Counted from the first letter of the stretch, positions 20,096-31,381 are shown. The stretch: DNA of 64,000 bases from a virus (IMGVR_UViG_3300042462_000099:7881-71880), one strand, 5' to 3'. Notes: generated by a model from the letters alone, not told the origin. Numbers and translations: made by a program.

Positions 20096-20772
20096 TATTT
20101 AACTCCTATCAAACTTGCATTAGCAATCCAGCGATACCCTGTTTTTATCCCTTGAGATCTTCCAGACTTGCTTCCTGCTGGCAGATCTTTTTTGTATGCT
20201 TTTGGATATTTAAACTGTTTAGATAAACCACTTGTTTTTAAAAATGATTGACGGAAATATACTCCAAAGAATTCATTGATTACTTTTTCAAACTGACCCT
20301 TTGTTTCTCCTCCAGGATTAGTAACTACAACGGGGTTTGATGTAAATATTTGCTCTCCGTCAATATCAAAAGACAGAACGTTTGCTTTCTTTGGCTTAAT
20401 TGTTACGGGAAGACCTGCTTCCATAATCTTTGCTTTGTCAGAAAATGGAACGTTAGAACCTTCTTTTATAGATGTTGATTGGCGTAGATTTGATTTAAAA
20501 GAAATTCCAAGAGGACTAATTGTATAGTCTATGTCAAACAATCTTGCTTTTGGACTACCAGTCAGTGTCCATTCATAAACGTGGTGTAAAAGTTCTGGCG
20601 TAACTCTAGCATTTGAATCAATATACTGTGAAGCAAGTTCAACAATCTGTGGGGCTAAGTCATTAAATAATTGCGTCTTTCCTTTTTGAACTCCATCTAG
20701 AAATCCAAAAGAATAAGACATAATGTTGTCCATTTCTTTTTTAAATCTTTTACTTTCTGTAGTAACTCTCAT
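20095..20772 (-). CDS. putative neck/tail completion protein
   Basis: Synteny in the head-tail joining block. Confidence 0.5.
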   Translation of the reverse strand: MRVTTESKRFKKEMDNIMSYSFGFLDGVQKGKTQLFNDLAPQIVELASQYIDSNARVTPELLHHVYEWTLTGSPKARLFDIDYTISPLGISFKSNLRQSTSIKEGSNVPFSDKAKIMEAGLPVTIKPKKANVLSFDIDGEQIFTSNPVVVTNPGGETKGQFEKVINEFFGVYFRQSFLKTSGLSKQFKYPKAYKKDLPAGSKSGRSQGIKTGYRWIANASLIGVK

Positions 20773-21218
20773 AGGTCACCTGTTTGATTTTCTGATCTAC
20801 GAATAATTATTCTATAGTATTCAATACTGCCAAAGGCTCCAGTTACAGGTTCAAATGTTGCAATTTCAAATAGTGTTGGCTTTCCAACTCTCGGTCCAGA
20901 TGTTTCAAGAAATATCCTGTTTCCAGTTTGATCAGAAATATCTGTAAGCAATATATTTGTCATTGCCTGAGCATCTTCTCTGCTTGAAAAACGAATATCG
21001 CTTTTTGTTCTTCCAACCAAAATTGAGTTTGTTGTTATATTTACATTAGGCTTAACTTCTTCTTTAAATGCTGATCCGCCAGATGTGAAGTTGCAGGCTA
21101 CTGTTCTGTCTAATATCCATTGCTTTTTAATTGCTCCATAATTTCCTTGCTCAACTATTGGGTAGTATAAAGACGCTTGCATTGGAAACATAAAGTCTGG
21201 ATCTTCGCACACGGCCAT
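20769..21218 (-). CDS. putative head closure protein
   Basis: 149-aa beta-rich ORF after the adaptor gene. Confidence 0.55.
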   Translation of the reverse strand: MAVCEDPDFMFPMQASLYYPIVEQGNYGAIKKQWILDRTVACNFTSGGSAFKEEVKPNVNITTNSILVGRTKSDIRFSSREDAQAMTNILLTDISDQTGNRIFLETSGPRVGKPTLFEIATFEPVTGAFGSIEYYRIIIRRSENQTGDL

Positions 21219-22111
21219 TATAAAACCCCAATTTTTTTAATAGACTTTGCATACTTTGAAAGTATTTTGTCTACAATTATATTTCCTGTTCCCTCAAAAA
21301 GACCTTTATCAAATTGTATTTTAAATTGGTCTGTATTATATGATGAAATATATCTCTTATAGTAGTCTAATTTTCCACAATCAATATCATGAATTAACAT
21401 CTCTGTAGCACGTCTTATATCTGATGGAACAGTTTCGTATCCGTGCTCAACAACAAATCGATAATCCCAGCCTCTTGCAAAACCACGATAAATAAATGTT
21501 GTATCAATTGTATCTGATTGTCCAGCAGGAATAATAATTGGAGCGCCTTCCATTCTGTCAATTAAGTCTGAAGAAGACTCAACAATTGCAGATTTGTCTG
21601 GAGTCACAGAATAAGATCTGTCTTCAACAAGAACATTGTTTTCATATACTGCTAATATTTTCTTTACATTATCCCAAACTGGAACATAGTCAGAACCATT
21701 TCCTGATACCTCTAAAACCTTTTTTTCATAGTAAAATCCTTCTGGGATTACTGAATCAATCACTGCTCTTGCAATTTCTTCTTTAAGTGCATACTCCGCA
21801 ATTTCGGATGCAGTTGTTCCGTTGTCTTCTGGGTTTGAGTATGGTCTAATTATTTCATAAAACTCTTCGTAAACTAAATTTGTAGCATCAGAACTATCAT
21901 TAGCAAAAACTTCTATTTTATAGTCATTATCATGTCTTCCTGAAACTGATGAGGATAGTCTTGCCCCTGTTTGAGGATTTGCATATGTTGTCTCTGTTAC
22001 TGAAAGATCCGCCATATCTATTACTTTTACAACAAAGTCGTCAGACCCAATTGGCACCAAATAGTGCTCTATAAAAATAACATCATATGGCGGAACTCTC
22101 AATATTTCCAT
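21218..22111 (-). CDS. head-tail adaptor/connector protein
   Basis: HGYETVPSDIRRATEML and VDKILSKY motifs typical of gp6/gp15-like adaptors. Confidence 0.7.
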   Translation of the reverse strand: MEILRVPPYDVIFIEHYLVPIGSDDFVVKVIDMADLSVTETTYANPQTGARLSSSVSGRHDNDYKIEVFANDSSDATNLVYEEFYEIIRPYSNPEDNGTTASEIAEYALKEEIARAVIDSVIPEGFYYEKKVLEVSGNGSDYVPVWDNVKKILAVYENNVLVEDRSYSVTPDKSAIVESSSDLIDRMEGAPIIIPAGQSDTIDTTFIYRGFARGWDYRFVVEHGYETVPSDIRRATEMLIHDIDCGKLDYYKRYISSYNTDQFKIQFDKGLFEGTGNIIVDKILSKYAKSIKKIGVL

Positions 22112-22112
22112 A

Positions 22113-22550
22113 TTAGTTTTCCAATGCTGCTTTTAGTTCATCTGGTGTTGCAAGTCTAATATGATCACGAGACAACCACTTATCAGCAGCAGCCTTAGTA
22201 ACAATATTAAATCCACGATAAACCTTGCCAGCCTCTGGCCATGAAACATTTCTTGTAGAATGAATTGCGACCTTGTCAGAATTATCAGCCTTTGGAGCGT
22301 CTGATGGCTTTGGACCATCTGCTGCCATTGAACCAATAGCACCACTCTTTAGAAAGCCTAGAGCCTGATCAGGAGCCTTTGGGGCCTCTGCTACAACTGG
22401 TGTTGGATCTTCAACAGGAAGAGTTCTTGGCTCTACCGCAATTTCTACAACTGGTGTTTCTACAACCTCTGGTGCTGGAGTTTCTACAACTTCTTCTACT
22501 GGAAGAACTGTTGAATCTTCTGTTACGTTTTCATTAAAATTATTTTCCAT
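22113..22550 (-). CDS. acidic Pro/Glu-rich hypothetical protein after capsid gene
   Basis: GGAGG SD; TGATATAAT promoter upstream; 145 aa. Confidence 0.7.
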   Translation of the reverse strand: MENNFNENVTEDSTVLPVEEVVETPAPEVVETPVVEIAVEPRTLPVEDPTPVVAEAPKAPDQALGFLKSGAIGSMAADGPKPSDAPKADNSDKVAIHSTRNVSWPEAGKVYRGFNIVTKAAADKWLSRDHIRLATPDELKAALEN

Positions 22551-22585
22551 TATATCCTCCTTGTTTGTATTATATCATTAAAGTA

Positions 22586-22624
22586 TTAAGGGGGACAGGA
22601 GAGTGAACTCCCGCCCCCCATTAA
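22586..22624 (-). terminator. GC-rich hairpin after major capsid gene
   Basis: GGGGGCGGGAG-ttcact-CTCCTGTCCCCC stem with flanking TTAA pairs. Confidence 0.6.
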
Positions 22625-22640
22625 AGGTACTGTTTACAGA

Positions 22641-23774
22641 TTATGCATCTGCAGCAGCGTCAGCGAATGCAATTGCATCCTCTTCTTCCCACTGAATACC
22701 AAAGCGGACGAATACTGTGTACTCAATTGTGTCCTTCTTTGCTACGTATTCACGGTTTACAGTGATGTCACGCTGGAATCCCCATACACGGTTTGCAGGG
22801 AATGTCAAGTCGATATAGCCTGCTGGGTAGTAAGGAACTTCCTGAACTTCAATTCCGAGAACACGAGTTGTACGTGCTCCACCGAATGTCTGTCCAATAC
22901 CATCAAGGTATGATTGGCGGTTTGCCTGGGTTGATCCTGGCATCTGGCCTGCAAATGCTTCTGCTACTGCATCAGCAAGTGTACCGTTGTTCTTAACGAT
23001 TCCACCGAATGCATCTGTACCTGCGTAGAACTTAAGATTGTTCTTAAGTGCACGGTACTTGCGTGGCATTGCATTGATGATGCCCTGCATTACATCAGGT
23101 GTCCAAGCATTATCTGCTACGGTTACTACTGACTCATGTGCATCTCCGTTTGTCTTTACCTTCTTGATAAAGCCTGGCATGATTGACAAGAATGCTCCTG
23201 TTGCACCATCACCATTGATAGCGAGATCTTCGATATCATTTGCGAATGCGTTGGTCATCAAGCGTACTAAGTGATCTTCTAGAGCGTCACCTTCTACACC
23301 ATCTTCCAATGATTCTGCTGTTACTTCCCAATCAAGACGAATCTTCTTGGTAGTAAGTTCAACCTTAGAGAATGTTGCACCTGTGTTTGTGTAGTTACCA
23401 ACTGCTTGCGCTGCTGCACGAATTACACGCTCACCGACATTTACCTTCTCAAGTTCCATAGAATTAGCCTTCATTGTTACACGACGGCCATCCTTTGCTA
23501 ATACTGTAGCGTCCCAAACATAGTCGATAAAACGACGTGCCTGCTCGGGGCGCAAAATTCCAGAAGCCGCTGAACCACTAGGGTTAACAGCATTTGCTCC
23601 GCTTGTTGATCCAAGAGTTGCTGTTGGAATATTACCAAGTGTCGATGCACCTGGATCTGTTACTCCACCAACACCACCTGATGCGAAAGCACCTTGGCCT
23701 TGGTACAGACCTGGATTTGTTCCTCCTAGATTTGCACTCTCGCCTGGCTGGTTTTTGATTATTTCTTCTGACAT
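22641..23774 (-). CDS. major capsid protein (HK97 fold)
   Basis: GILRPEQARRFIDYV, FANDIEDLAINGD motifs; follows protease; GGAGGTG SD before ATG 23774. Confidence 0.92.
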   Translation of the reverse strand: MSEEIIKNQPGESANLGGTNPGLYQGQGAFASGGVGGVTDPGASTLGNIPTATLGSTSGANAVNPSGSAASGILRPEQARRFIDYVWDATVLAKDGRRVTMKANSMELEKVNVGERVIRAAAQAVGNYTNTGATFSKVELTTKKIRLDWEVTAESLEDGVEGDALEDHLVRLMTNAFANDIEDLAINGDGATGAFLSIMPGFIKKVKTNGDAHESVVTVADNAWTPDVMQGIINAMPRKYRALKNNLKFYAGTDAFGGIVKNNGTLADAVAEAFAGQMPGSTQANRQSYLDGIGQTFGGARTTRVLGIEVQEVPYYPAGYIDLTFPANRVWGFQRDITVNREYVAKKDTIEYTVFVRFGIQWEEEDAIAFADAAADA

Positions 23775-23797
23775 ATTGTCACCTCCTAGTGATTTGT

Positions 23798-25138
23798 TCA
23801 TTTGAATAGATCGGCTGTTTTGAGGAAACTACCGCCCCATAGGGATTTTTCAACCATTTCAGGTTGAGACTGTAAGATATCGCCGATATCTCCAGACTTT
23901 CGGAATGCGGTTTCTGCTTCCACAGCGTCTACTCGTTTTCCAAATTCATTAAATTCACCTGAAACTGCTGCAATATCTTTTGCAACTGCTTCGAATGAAC
24001 TCTTTACTGTATCAACATCTACCTTTGAAGACTTAAGAAGTTCTACTTCTGCTTGCAAAGACTTAACTGTTGACAATAGATCGCTAAAGGCTGATGTTAG
24101 ATTATTCTTGATTTCGGTAATTGCTTCAGCAACTACGTCATCTGACTTAGATACATCTGCGTCTGCGTCTGCTACTTCTTCAACTGTTTCTGCAACTGGT
24201 GCTTCTTCAGTCTCTGCTGCTGGTGCTTCATCTGATTTAACAACATCTGTTGTTTCAATCTCTTCTGCCTTTGCAACCTCTTCTGTAACTTCTTCAACCA
24301 CGGCATCTGCCTCTGGAGCGACCACAACATCTTCAACTACATCAGTCTTTTCAACTTTTGCTTTTGCTTTTGTCATAGGACTTACCTCCTTGTTAATCTT
24401 AGAAGTATTAATGCCTTTAGCACTATCAACTAAGAATTTTATCATTTCTATTTTTTCATTATCCGTTTTTTCAACGAACCCTATATTTTCCATTGCTTCT
24501 CCAGAAGTTGGGCTGACTTCGGATTCATTTTCTGAAACCATAACGATACCAGATTCTTTATCATAAAAAACATTTTCTAATACTGTTTCATCTGCTTTAA
24601 TAACATCTACGCCATCAACTTTTTCAACAGAAACAATATTTGCAAATTGATTTGCTGGTGAATCTACAAGACTTAACTCTACCAAATCATATTGCTTAAT
24701 AATTCTAATTTGTGTGTCTGACTTTTCATCATATCCGTCATCCCACTTATTCATTCTTCCGCCAATAGAAAAACCAGCAAGAGTTCCATCTAGAACTTTT
24801 TCCCAAGTATCTTGTGCACCCTTTGAAACATATGCAGATACAAATACTCCATTATAGAATTTCTTTGTTTCTGGATCAAAGTACTTTTCTGCTTTGAAGT
24901 CTACCATCTTGCCTACTGCTAATGGCTGATGCATTTCTCTAATGTTCCCACGGAATTTTGCAAATGCTTCCATGGATGCTTCTGCTGTTACAATATCATT
25001 TTGCTTATCAATGTTATCAAGGGACGCAAAACCAGATACGGTACGTCGCTCTTTGTCTACCTTGCTAAAAGGCATTGAAAGACGCAGATTGTCCCCATCT
25101 GAATTCCAATGGGCCTTGGATATATTGCTCACCATCAT
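23798..25138 (-). CDS. HK97-type prohead protease fused to acidic scaffold region
   Basis: IREMH, GFSIGG, ELSLVDSPAN catalytic motifs; Glu/Ala-rich coiled-coil C-terminus; exact start (25138/25135/25132) uncertain. Confidence 0.92.
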   Translation of the reverse strand: MMVSNISKAHWNSDGDNLRLSMPFSKVDKERRTVSGFASLDNIDKQNDIVTAEASMEAFAKFRGNIREMHQPLAVGKMVDFKAEKYFDPETKKFYNGVFVSAYVSKGAQDTWEKVLDGTLAGFSIGGRMNKWDDGYDEKSDTQIRIIKQYDLVELSLVDSPANQFANIVSVEKVDGVDVIKADETVLENVFYDKESGIVMVSENESEVSPTSGEAMENIGFVEKTDNEKIEMIKFLVDSAKGINTSKINKEVSPMTKAKAKVEKTDVVEDVVVAPEADAVVEEVTEEVAKAEEIETTDVVKSDEAPAAETEEAPVAETVEEVADADADVSKSDDVVAEAITEIKNNLTSAFSDLLSTVKSLQAEVELLKSSKVDVDTVKSSFEAVAKDIAAVSGEFNEFGKRVDAVEAETAFRKSGDIGDILQSQPEMVEKSLWGGSFLKTADLFK

Positions 25139-25187
25139 ATTATAAACCCCTTTTAACAATTATATCACAATGTGGACAAATCGGGCA

Positions 25188-26783
25188 TTAGGGAGTTTTT
25201 CTTCCCTCTCCCTTTGGGCCTCTTCCAGCAACTGTTGATGTGCTGTCTGAATTATTATTTGTTCGTTCCGAATCTCTTGCTCTTGTTGTATTTGCCTCTG
25301 CTGCTGCAGCAGGCTTGAGTTCAAGAACTTCATCTCCACCCTCACGCTGTGGCATATCAAGAACAACACGTGCCTCATTTGGAGTCATGATTTGATTTTT
25401 GACATAGCGTTCAAGAATTTGAGACTGAGCAATTTCATCTGTAAGGGTGAGTTCATTAAATGTAAACTCAAGAATATCTGTCTTTTCTCTAATGACTTTA
25501 TTGATCATTTTCTCAAGTTGTCGCTGGGCTGGTCTTGCTACCTGCTCCTTAAAGGTGCGATCCTGTGCAAGTGCTGCTGCAATAGATCCAGAATCGCCAC
25601 CTCCAAGTTTAGATAGTGGCACTTGATGTGCTACCAGGATATCATCACGGTTTTGTTTACGATACTCTTTAAATGAGCCGTCTTGTATACCGTCTTCGAT
25701 GGGATCCATCTTGAATTCAACTTTATTTGTATCGCTATCTCCTGGTAGTGGAATATATAGCGTTCTGTGTGATTGACCTTTTAGACTTGTCTGTAAGAAT
25801 CTAAACATCTTATCTTCTGCGTCACTTGATAGTTTAGCACCCTTTAAAGTAATAACATATCTTGGCACTGCCTTGTTAGCAAAATAATCAATATTGTACT
25901 GAGACGCAAGAGAATCTCCATGTAGAGAATTTATTGCAGACATAATATCTGGCACACCATAAAATGTATTTAATGGTGAGTATTGTTTAAAATGAATAAT
26001 CTCATTTGGTCTTGCATCGGTAGTTAATGGATTCTGATTCTTTGCACCAAAGTTACGGAAGTAAACAATCTTATTTCCAATAATCTGAACATATCCATCT
26101 TTAATTCTTCTAACTCTCATAGTTGTGGAAGGAATATGTCCTACATATCCAATCTCTCCACGAGTAGTTCTGCCAATTTCTAGATATCCGTTACCTGTAG
26201 ACTGTAGGTCTGTGTAAACTTTTTCCATTGTTGCAGTAAAAGAATCGTCATCATTTAATGACTCTAGCCAGTCTCTTACTTCAATCTTTGCTCTTTCAAT
26301 TCTCTTACGTGCTTTTTGTGTAGCACTGTTATCTTCTGAAGATTCAAGCCTTAACATTGTTCTTGGAGAAACCTTGAACTCATATCCAAGTCCAACAATG
26401 TTTTCTACCTTGGCATCGATTGCTGCGTGGTTTGCAAATGATGTGTCATAGTAGTTTGCCAATTCATAAAGGTTCCATGGTGGTGTGATAACATCAAACA
26501 TTCCATAGCCGTTTACATATACTAGGCCTGGGTTTATTTCTTTTGACTGTGCTCCGTCAATACCGCTTTTTCCAGCAAGTGCTGCTGTCGTGTATTGGGT
26601 TGTTGGCTCAACCATTTTTGTTGAAGTTCTACTTATACGTCTTTTAAAATTTGCTTCTAGTCCATCAAGGCCTTTTAGAGTATCCCAGTTTCCGTTAAAA
26701 GGATCTGATTTTGAAAACAAGTCTTCTGCTCTATTTGATTCATCAATACTTGCTCCGATGATGTATTCGTTATCTTCTGACAT
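25188..26783 (-). CDS. portal protein
   Basis: TGNGYLEI, EIIHFK, YGVPD, IMTPNEAR motifs of HK97/PBSX-like portals. Confidence 0.93.
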   Translation of the reverse strand: MSEDNEYIIGASIDESNRAEDLFSKSDPFNGNWDTLKGLDGLEANFKRRISRTSTKMVEPTTQYTTAALAGKSGIDGAQSKEINPGLVYVNGYGMFDVITPPWNLYELANYYDTSFANHAAIDAKVENIVGLGYEFKVSPRTMLRLESSEDNSATQKARKRIERAKIEVRDWLESLNDDDSFTATMEKVYTDLQSTGNGYLEIGRTTRGEIGYVGHIPSTTMRVRRIKDGYVQIIGNKIVYFRNFGAKNQNPLTTDARPNEIIHFKQYSPLNTFYGVPDIMSAINSLHGDSLASQYNIDYFANKAVPRYVITLKGAKLSSDAEDKMFRFLQTSLKGQSHRTLYIPLPGDSDTNKVEFKMDPIEDGIQDGSFKEYRKQNRDDILVAHQVPLSKLGGGDSGSIAAALAQDRTFKEQVARPAQRQLEKMINKVIREKTDILEFTFNELTLTDEIAQSQILERYVKNQIMTPNEARVVLDMPQREGGDEVLELKPAAAAEANTTRARDSERTNNNSDSTSTVAGRGPKGEGRKTP

Positions 26784-27169
26784 TAGTCTTCCTCTCCATA
26801 AAGAGCGATTGTGTCTTTGGCTGCTTGAACAGCACCAAGATCGTTTAGGTTTGGAAGAAGTCCAGACTTCATACGATCTACTTGTTCAGAATATTCTTCT
26901 TCTGAAACCCTTGTTAACCCTGGAACAAATACGCAAGTTCCGTCTCCTGGATCTCCATAATACATTGCAGTCTTTTTTAATTCTGCCATTCTAGAAATAT
27001 CATTTTTGTCTGAGGGAATGTTTAGAACAGAGCCATTTCCGTCTGTAAACCACTTGCCATTTGCCTTTTTGTATACATATAAACCCCAGTCATAGTTCTT
27101 TTCAATGACTTGGCGTCTTACATTCTTTACAATTGGTTGACCAGTTTTTGGGTCTATTAGTGAATCCAT
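26783..27169 (-). CDS. hypothetical protein coupled to portal
   Basis: ORF track; ATG 27169 lies 7 nt downstream of TGGTATACT. Confidence 0.7.
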   Translation of the reverse strand: MDSLIDPKTGQPIVKNVRRQVIEKNYDWGLYVYKKANGKWFTDGNGSVLNIPSDKNDISRMAELKKTAMYYGDPGDGTCVFVPGLTRVSEEEYSEQVDRMKSGLLPNLNDLGAVQAAKDTIALYGEED

Positions 27170-27187
27170 AACCACAAGTATACCATA

Positions 27188-30100
27188 CTAGATTGCACTT
27201 AGGGTTTGCGCTGACCAGCCTACATCCGTAGCAATTAAATAATCATAATCTTTTAACGTAAACATGGAATCTGAATCAATAATAACCTTATTTGTTCCAA
27301 CATAACTCTTATAAATATCAGAAGGGTCTACTCCGTAGTAAGATTTTGAAGAAAGAACAAGAACTCCGTTCCATAATGCTGGGTACCAAAAAGTCCATGG
27401 GTACTCTCCTTGGGGAGAATATCTAACTCTAAACCAAAGTCTTTTATTTGTTTTTTGAACTTCTTGTAGGTTTGTTGATTGATAATAAGAAATTGTGTTC
27501 ATCATCAATGGACCGTTTATGTGAAGATATCCAGGAGTCCCATAGAAGTAAAGTAGTTCTGGGAAAGATATTCCAAGAAATGCCCACTCATCTATAGAAA
27601 TAACTGGATTTGAGACAAGGGTTCCATTTAGATAAAATCCAACCCCATCCTCAAGTGCTCCAGTCTTTGCATTTATAGCATAGATCTTTGCACGACTACC
27701 ATCTGGATTATTTGCAACTAGATAAAATTTAATGTGCTTGTTTGAAGCCTTAATCTCAAACACTTCAACTTCTGAAAAAGGAAATGTATCATCTGAATAT
27801 TTAATGCATGCCTGAAGAACCATAAGGTTATAGTCTGCAGATTTTGTTTTATTAAGTGGTATGGAAATACCACGATTAATATTTGGGTTGTTTTGCCCTC
27901 TTAGTTCGATACCGCTTCTTTTTGTTAGGTATAGATATGGAGAACTTCCTTTGTATATGGAGAATGGGTTATTAGATTTGTAGTCATAATAACTTCCAGT
28001 CTTTGTATAAGGATACATTGGTATTCCAAATCTTGTTCCTACGGCATTTGGAGATGTATCGTTTAATGCCTGAGAAGAGTATTGCAAAAATTTAAGCATA
28101 GGCTTTTTTATTTTAGAATCTTTAATAAAAAAGTCAAGATGTGTAACGATAGATATGTCATTTACGCTTGATGATTTTGGAGGATAGATGATTGAGTTAT
28201 TAACAACTTCATACTTTGTATTTATCCAGTCTGTGTCTGGATAGATAATTCCATCTTTAGCAATAGACTGAGTATTTTCAAAAAACAGATCAGGCTGATT
28301 ATAAGAGGATGAGGAAAATTTAAAAGATATATATGACTTTAGTATTGAGTCTGTTGTGTCATAGGTATAAGTTTTAACTGCGTTATTTTTTAAATCATCA
28401 TAATCATCATATCCAGTATAAAGATGATTATCTAATGAAGAATATTTCTGTGATATTGGAATTGAATATGTTTCGTATAAAGAAGCAATTGTTTCTGTTG
28501 TTCCTTCTACTGACACTCTTTCTCCATATTTCCAAAAACCCAAAGAAGTCTCACTCTGTTTTAACTTGCCTGGTGAATCGTAGTCTATATTAAACTGAAT
28601 AAAATCAAGATTATAATATTCATCTCCTCTTGCATCTTTAACATATGTTGCTAAATTTGATAACGGTATTGAGTCTTCCCAATATCCATTAATATCTATA
28701 CCTAGCCTAAAGGAATCAAAATCTTGTTTTGGAAGAATTGTGCAACTTGCCATGTGGCTTAAAAGCCTATTGCCTGTAAGCGATGAATAGTTTATGGGTA
28801 AGCCAGTTTCATTAAAAAGATCTTTTATCTTTAATGCATTTCTTGCATTACAAAATCCAAAAGCATATATATTTCCAGTAAAAGTGTTAACAAATGTTTT
28901 TGTTCCTCCAACATAAAGAGAAAGAGACCCAATATTACCAAAAAAAGAAGAAACGTTCTGTGCATAGTAGTTAGATAAAACCCTGATGTCTATTCCTACA
29001 GAAAAAATATCATTAACTGAAATATTGTTTGTAGACGTATACAGAATTTCTTCTTGTCCACCATAGTTAAGGCTGTACCTAACTCTACTGCCAACAAAAT
29101 CTATTGAAAAATAATTACCAGAAATATCATCACTAATTTTAATTAAGCATTGAGTTCCTTCTGCTGTCTTTGCTTTAAATACTCCGTAAAGAATGTTAAC
29201 TTCATCATTTAAAAAACTCAAAGAGTTATATCTTAAATATCCATTTTCTAAAGCCCAATCATTTGTTGGTCTAAACGTAATAAAGTTTTTAGACTCATTC
29301 TGTTCTGGTAAACATGAGGAAAAAAGACTTGATTCTGTTTTACTAGATAAAAATATTTCAGGAAGAGGATATTCTGGAACTGTCAACTTATTGTTATTAA
29401 CAGAAAGATTATTTGAAATTCCTTGCGACCAAGTTCCAAGAGATGGGTATGAATAATTGTTTGCATAATTAGCAAAAGCATAGTCTACATAAACTGAAGA
29501 ACCGCTATAAGCAGTATTAATATTTTCTGGAAACTCAACTCCTTGTCCATAGACAAATCTTATCTTTCCAAGTTGATCGGATATCTCGTATGGATAAAGC
29601 CCAACACAGTCAATAGAAATATTTGGAATATCCTCATATGCGTAAAAACCAATCCAGTCTTGGTCTTTACCATTTAAATCAAGTTTATTTTGTGGAACAT
29701 AAGATTCTTCTGTCAATAACACATCTATAACCTTTTCTCCATTTAGAGATAGTGTTGCTCTGTTCTTGCTAACAAAAAAATGAAACAGCATTGGTCTTCC
29801 CCACTCTGCAACATAGTGAGTTTGATAGTTAGATCCAATCTTAATGCCAACAAAATTTCCATCAACATAGATTCCATCTTCAGAGTTTAATGGTCCAACA
29901 ATTCTTTTTCTATCGTATGTTTTAGAATTAATATTTGCCCAAAACTCTAGAGTATACTGATTGTTTTTACCAGACTGGTTTAAAAATCCGTTTGCAGGCA
30001 AGATTAAGGATGGGCTGCCATTATTATAATAAATTTGAGTTGAGTTTTGTGAACCATAAACAATAGGAACTCCAAAGTTTTTTGCTTTTAAATTCATTGA

Positions 30101-30829
30101 GCCATTAAGCAAATAGTATCCTTTTTGATCTGATCTAGAATACGCAAAAGCCTCAATACCTTTTGTAATGGTTGTAGATATTGTTGTAGGTACTGTTACT
30201 ACAGAACTACCTAAAGATTCTGAACTAAACTCTTCACACCATTGTCCGAAACTAAAACCATTAATTAAAACCTCTATATTGCTGTTACCTCCATCACCAA
30301 AATAATCAATTTCAAAGACAAGTCTTACTGTCACGGCGTCATCTGGAATTCTAAAGGTTTCTCCGATAAAAAGCCAAGAGTCAGTTATAGAGGTCTCAAA
30401 AGATTTTAATTTTTTAACAACTGTTCCAGAAGCCTCATCATTATATTCATAACCAATTGAGAATGTAGAAGCATTTTGGCTTAATGATTTAAAGTATGTT
30501 CCTACAGCAAAAGTCTTTAAAGATTGATCAAGTTCTTTAAAGTTTTTTAAATCCTTGCTAACATATCTTGTTATTCCTTTAGCGTTTATGGCTAGTGGTC
30601 TTGCTTTTATTTTTGTTACAATACTTGAAGGGAATGGAGCATCTTCTGTTACAAACAAGGTTTTTTGACTAGAGTCTATATTTTGGTCAGGATCTACATC
30701 CCAAAAGTTTAAACCTCTTTGTATTTCTGAAATTTGAGAAACGTAATCTGCTTTGTCATCTAAAGACCATAGGACAGTCGGTTGCTGTGCAAACACTTTT
30801 TCTGCATATAAATTTGAAGCAATAGACAT
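27188..30829 (-). CDS. large virion protein with probable LamG/concanavalin-like domains
   Basis: 1213 aa beta-rich; YTLEFW...LSLNGEKV pattern; GGAGG SD. Confidence 0.65.
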   Translation of the reverse strand: MSIASNLYAEKVFAQQPTVLWSLDDKADYVSQISEIQRGLNFWDVDPDQNIDSSQKTLFVTEDAPFPSSIVTKIKARPLAINAKGITRYVSKDLKNFKELDQSLKTFAVGTYFKSLSQNASTFSIGYEYNDEASGTVVKKLKSFETSITDSWLFIGETFRIPDDAVTVRLVFEIDYFGDGGNSNIEVLINGFSFGQWCEEFSSESLGSSVVTVPTTISTTITKGIEAFAYSRSDQKGYYLLNGSMNLKAKNFGVPIVYGSQNSTQIYYNNGSPSLILPANGFLNQSGKNNQYTLEFWANINSKTYDRKRIVGPLNSEDGIYVDGNFVGIKIGSNYQTHYVAEWGRPMLFHFFVSKNRATLSLNGEKVIDVLLTEESYVPQNKLDLNGKDQDWIGFYAYEDIPNISIDCVGLYPYEISDQLGKIRFVYGQGVEFPENINTAYSGSSVYVDYAFANYANNYSYPSLGTWSQGISNNLSVNNNKLTVPEYPLPEIFLSSKTESSLFSSCLPEQNESKNFITFRPTNDWALENGYLRYNSLSFLNDEVNILYGVFKAKTAEGTQCLIKISDDISGNYFSIDFVGSRVRYSLNYGGQEEILYTSTNNISVNDIFSVGIDIRVLSNYYAQNVSSFFGNIGSLSLYVGGTKTFVNTFTGNIYAFGFCNARNALKIKDLFNETGLPINYSSLTGNRLLSHMASCTILPKQDFDSFRLGIDINGYWEDSIPLSNLATYVKDARGDEYYNLDFIQFNIDYDSPGKLKQSETSLGFWKYGERVSVEGTTETIASLYETYSIPISQKYSSLDNHLYTGYDDYDDLKNNAVKTYTYDTTDSILKSYISFKFSSSSYNQPDLFFENTQSIAKDGIIYPDTDWINTKYEVVNNSIIYPPKSSSVNDISIVTHLDFFIKDSKIKKPMLKFLQYSSQALNDTSPNAVGTRFGIPMYPYTKTGSYYDYKSNNPFSIYKGSSPYLYLTKRSGIELRGQNNPNINRGISIPLNKTKSADYNLMVLQACIKYSDDTFPFSEVEVFEIKASNKHIKFYLVANNPDGSRAKIYAINAKTGALEDGVGFYLNGTLVSNPVISIDEWAFLGISFPELLYFYGTPGYLHINGPLMMNTISYYQSTNLQEVQKTNKRLWFRVRYSPQGEYPWTFWYPALWNGVLVLSSKSYYGVDPSDIYKSYVGTNKVIIDSDSMFTLKDYDYLIATDVGWSAQTLSAI

Positions 30830-30850
30830 AGGTCCTCCTAGTCTATTTTA

Positions 30851-31381
30851 TCATACAATGCGGGTAAACCAACGTGGTGTTGTGTATCGTATTCCATCTT
30901 GAATTCCCCGAACTCCGTGCACATAGTCTGGATTGTCTGGGAAGCAAAGAAGATCTCCTGGCTCAGGCTTATGAGATATACCTAATGCTGGGAAATATAT
31001 ATCTCCACCAGTATAGTCGTCATTAAGATAAAGAATTGTTGCAATATCATTTGGTCTATTCATATCATAATGCTCGTGCATGCCCTCACCTGGAGTAAAC
31101 TTTGCAATATGTGTTTTTTCATCTAAGAAAGGCTGAAATGGCCCTTCATAATTTTCAAGAACAAAATCATAAACCTTTTTAGCATACTCTTGCAAAACAT
31201 CTAAAGAAGACTGATCATTTCTTTGTATTTCGTGATATGTATGTACTGTAAACTCTTTTTCGCCATTTCCATACTCAGTAAAAAGAAGTGTATGTGCTTT
31301 TGAGTATTCTGTAATAGACATTGCCAAATTCTTTGGCATAAACTCTTTTACATATATTACTTTTGATTTTAAATCTTCCAT
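30851..31381 (-). CDS. 2OG-Fe(II) oxygenase, prolyl 4-hydroxylase-like
   Basis: HYD...ILYLNDDYTGGDIYF...HGV...RYT facial triad and 2OG-binding Arg. Confidence 0.88.
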   Translation of the reverse strand: MEDLKSKVIYVKEFMPKNLAMSITEYSKAHTLLFTEYGNGEKEFTVHTYHEIQRNDQSSLDVLQEYAKKVYDFVLENYEGPFQPFLDEKTHIAKFTPGEGMHEHYDMNRPNDIATILYLNDDYTGGDIYFPALGISHKPEPGDLLCFPDNPDYVHGVRGIQDGIRYTTPRWFTRIV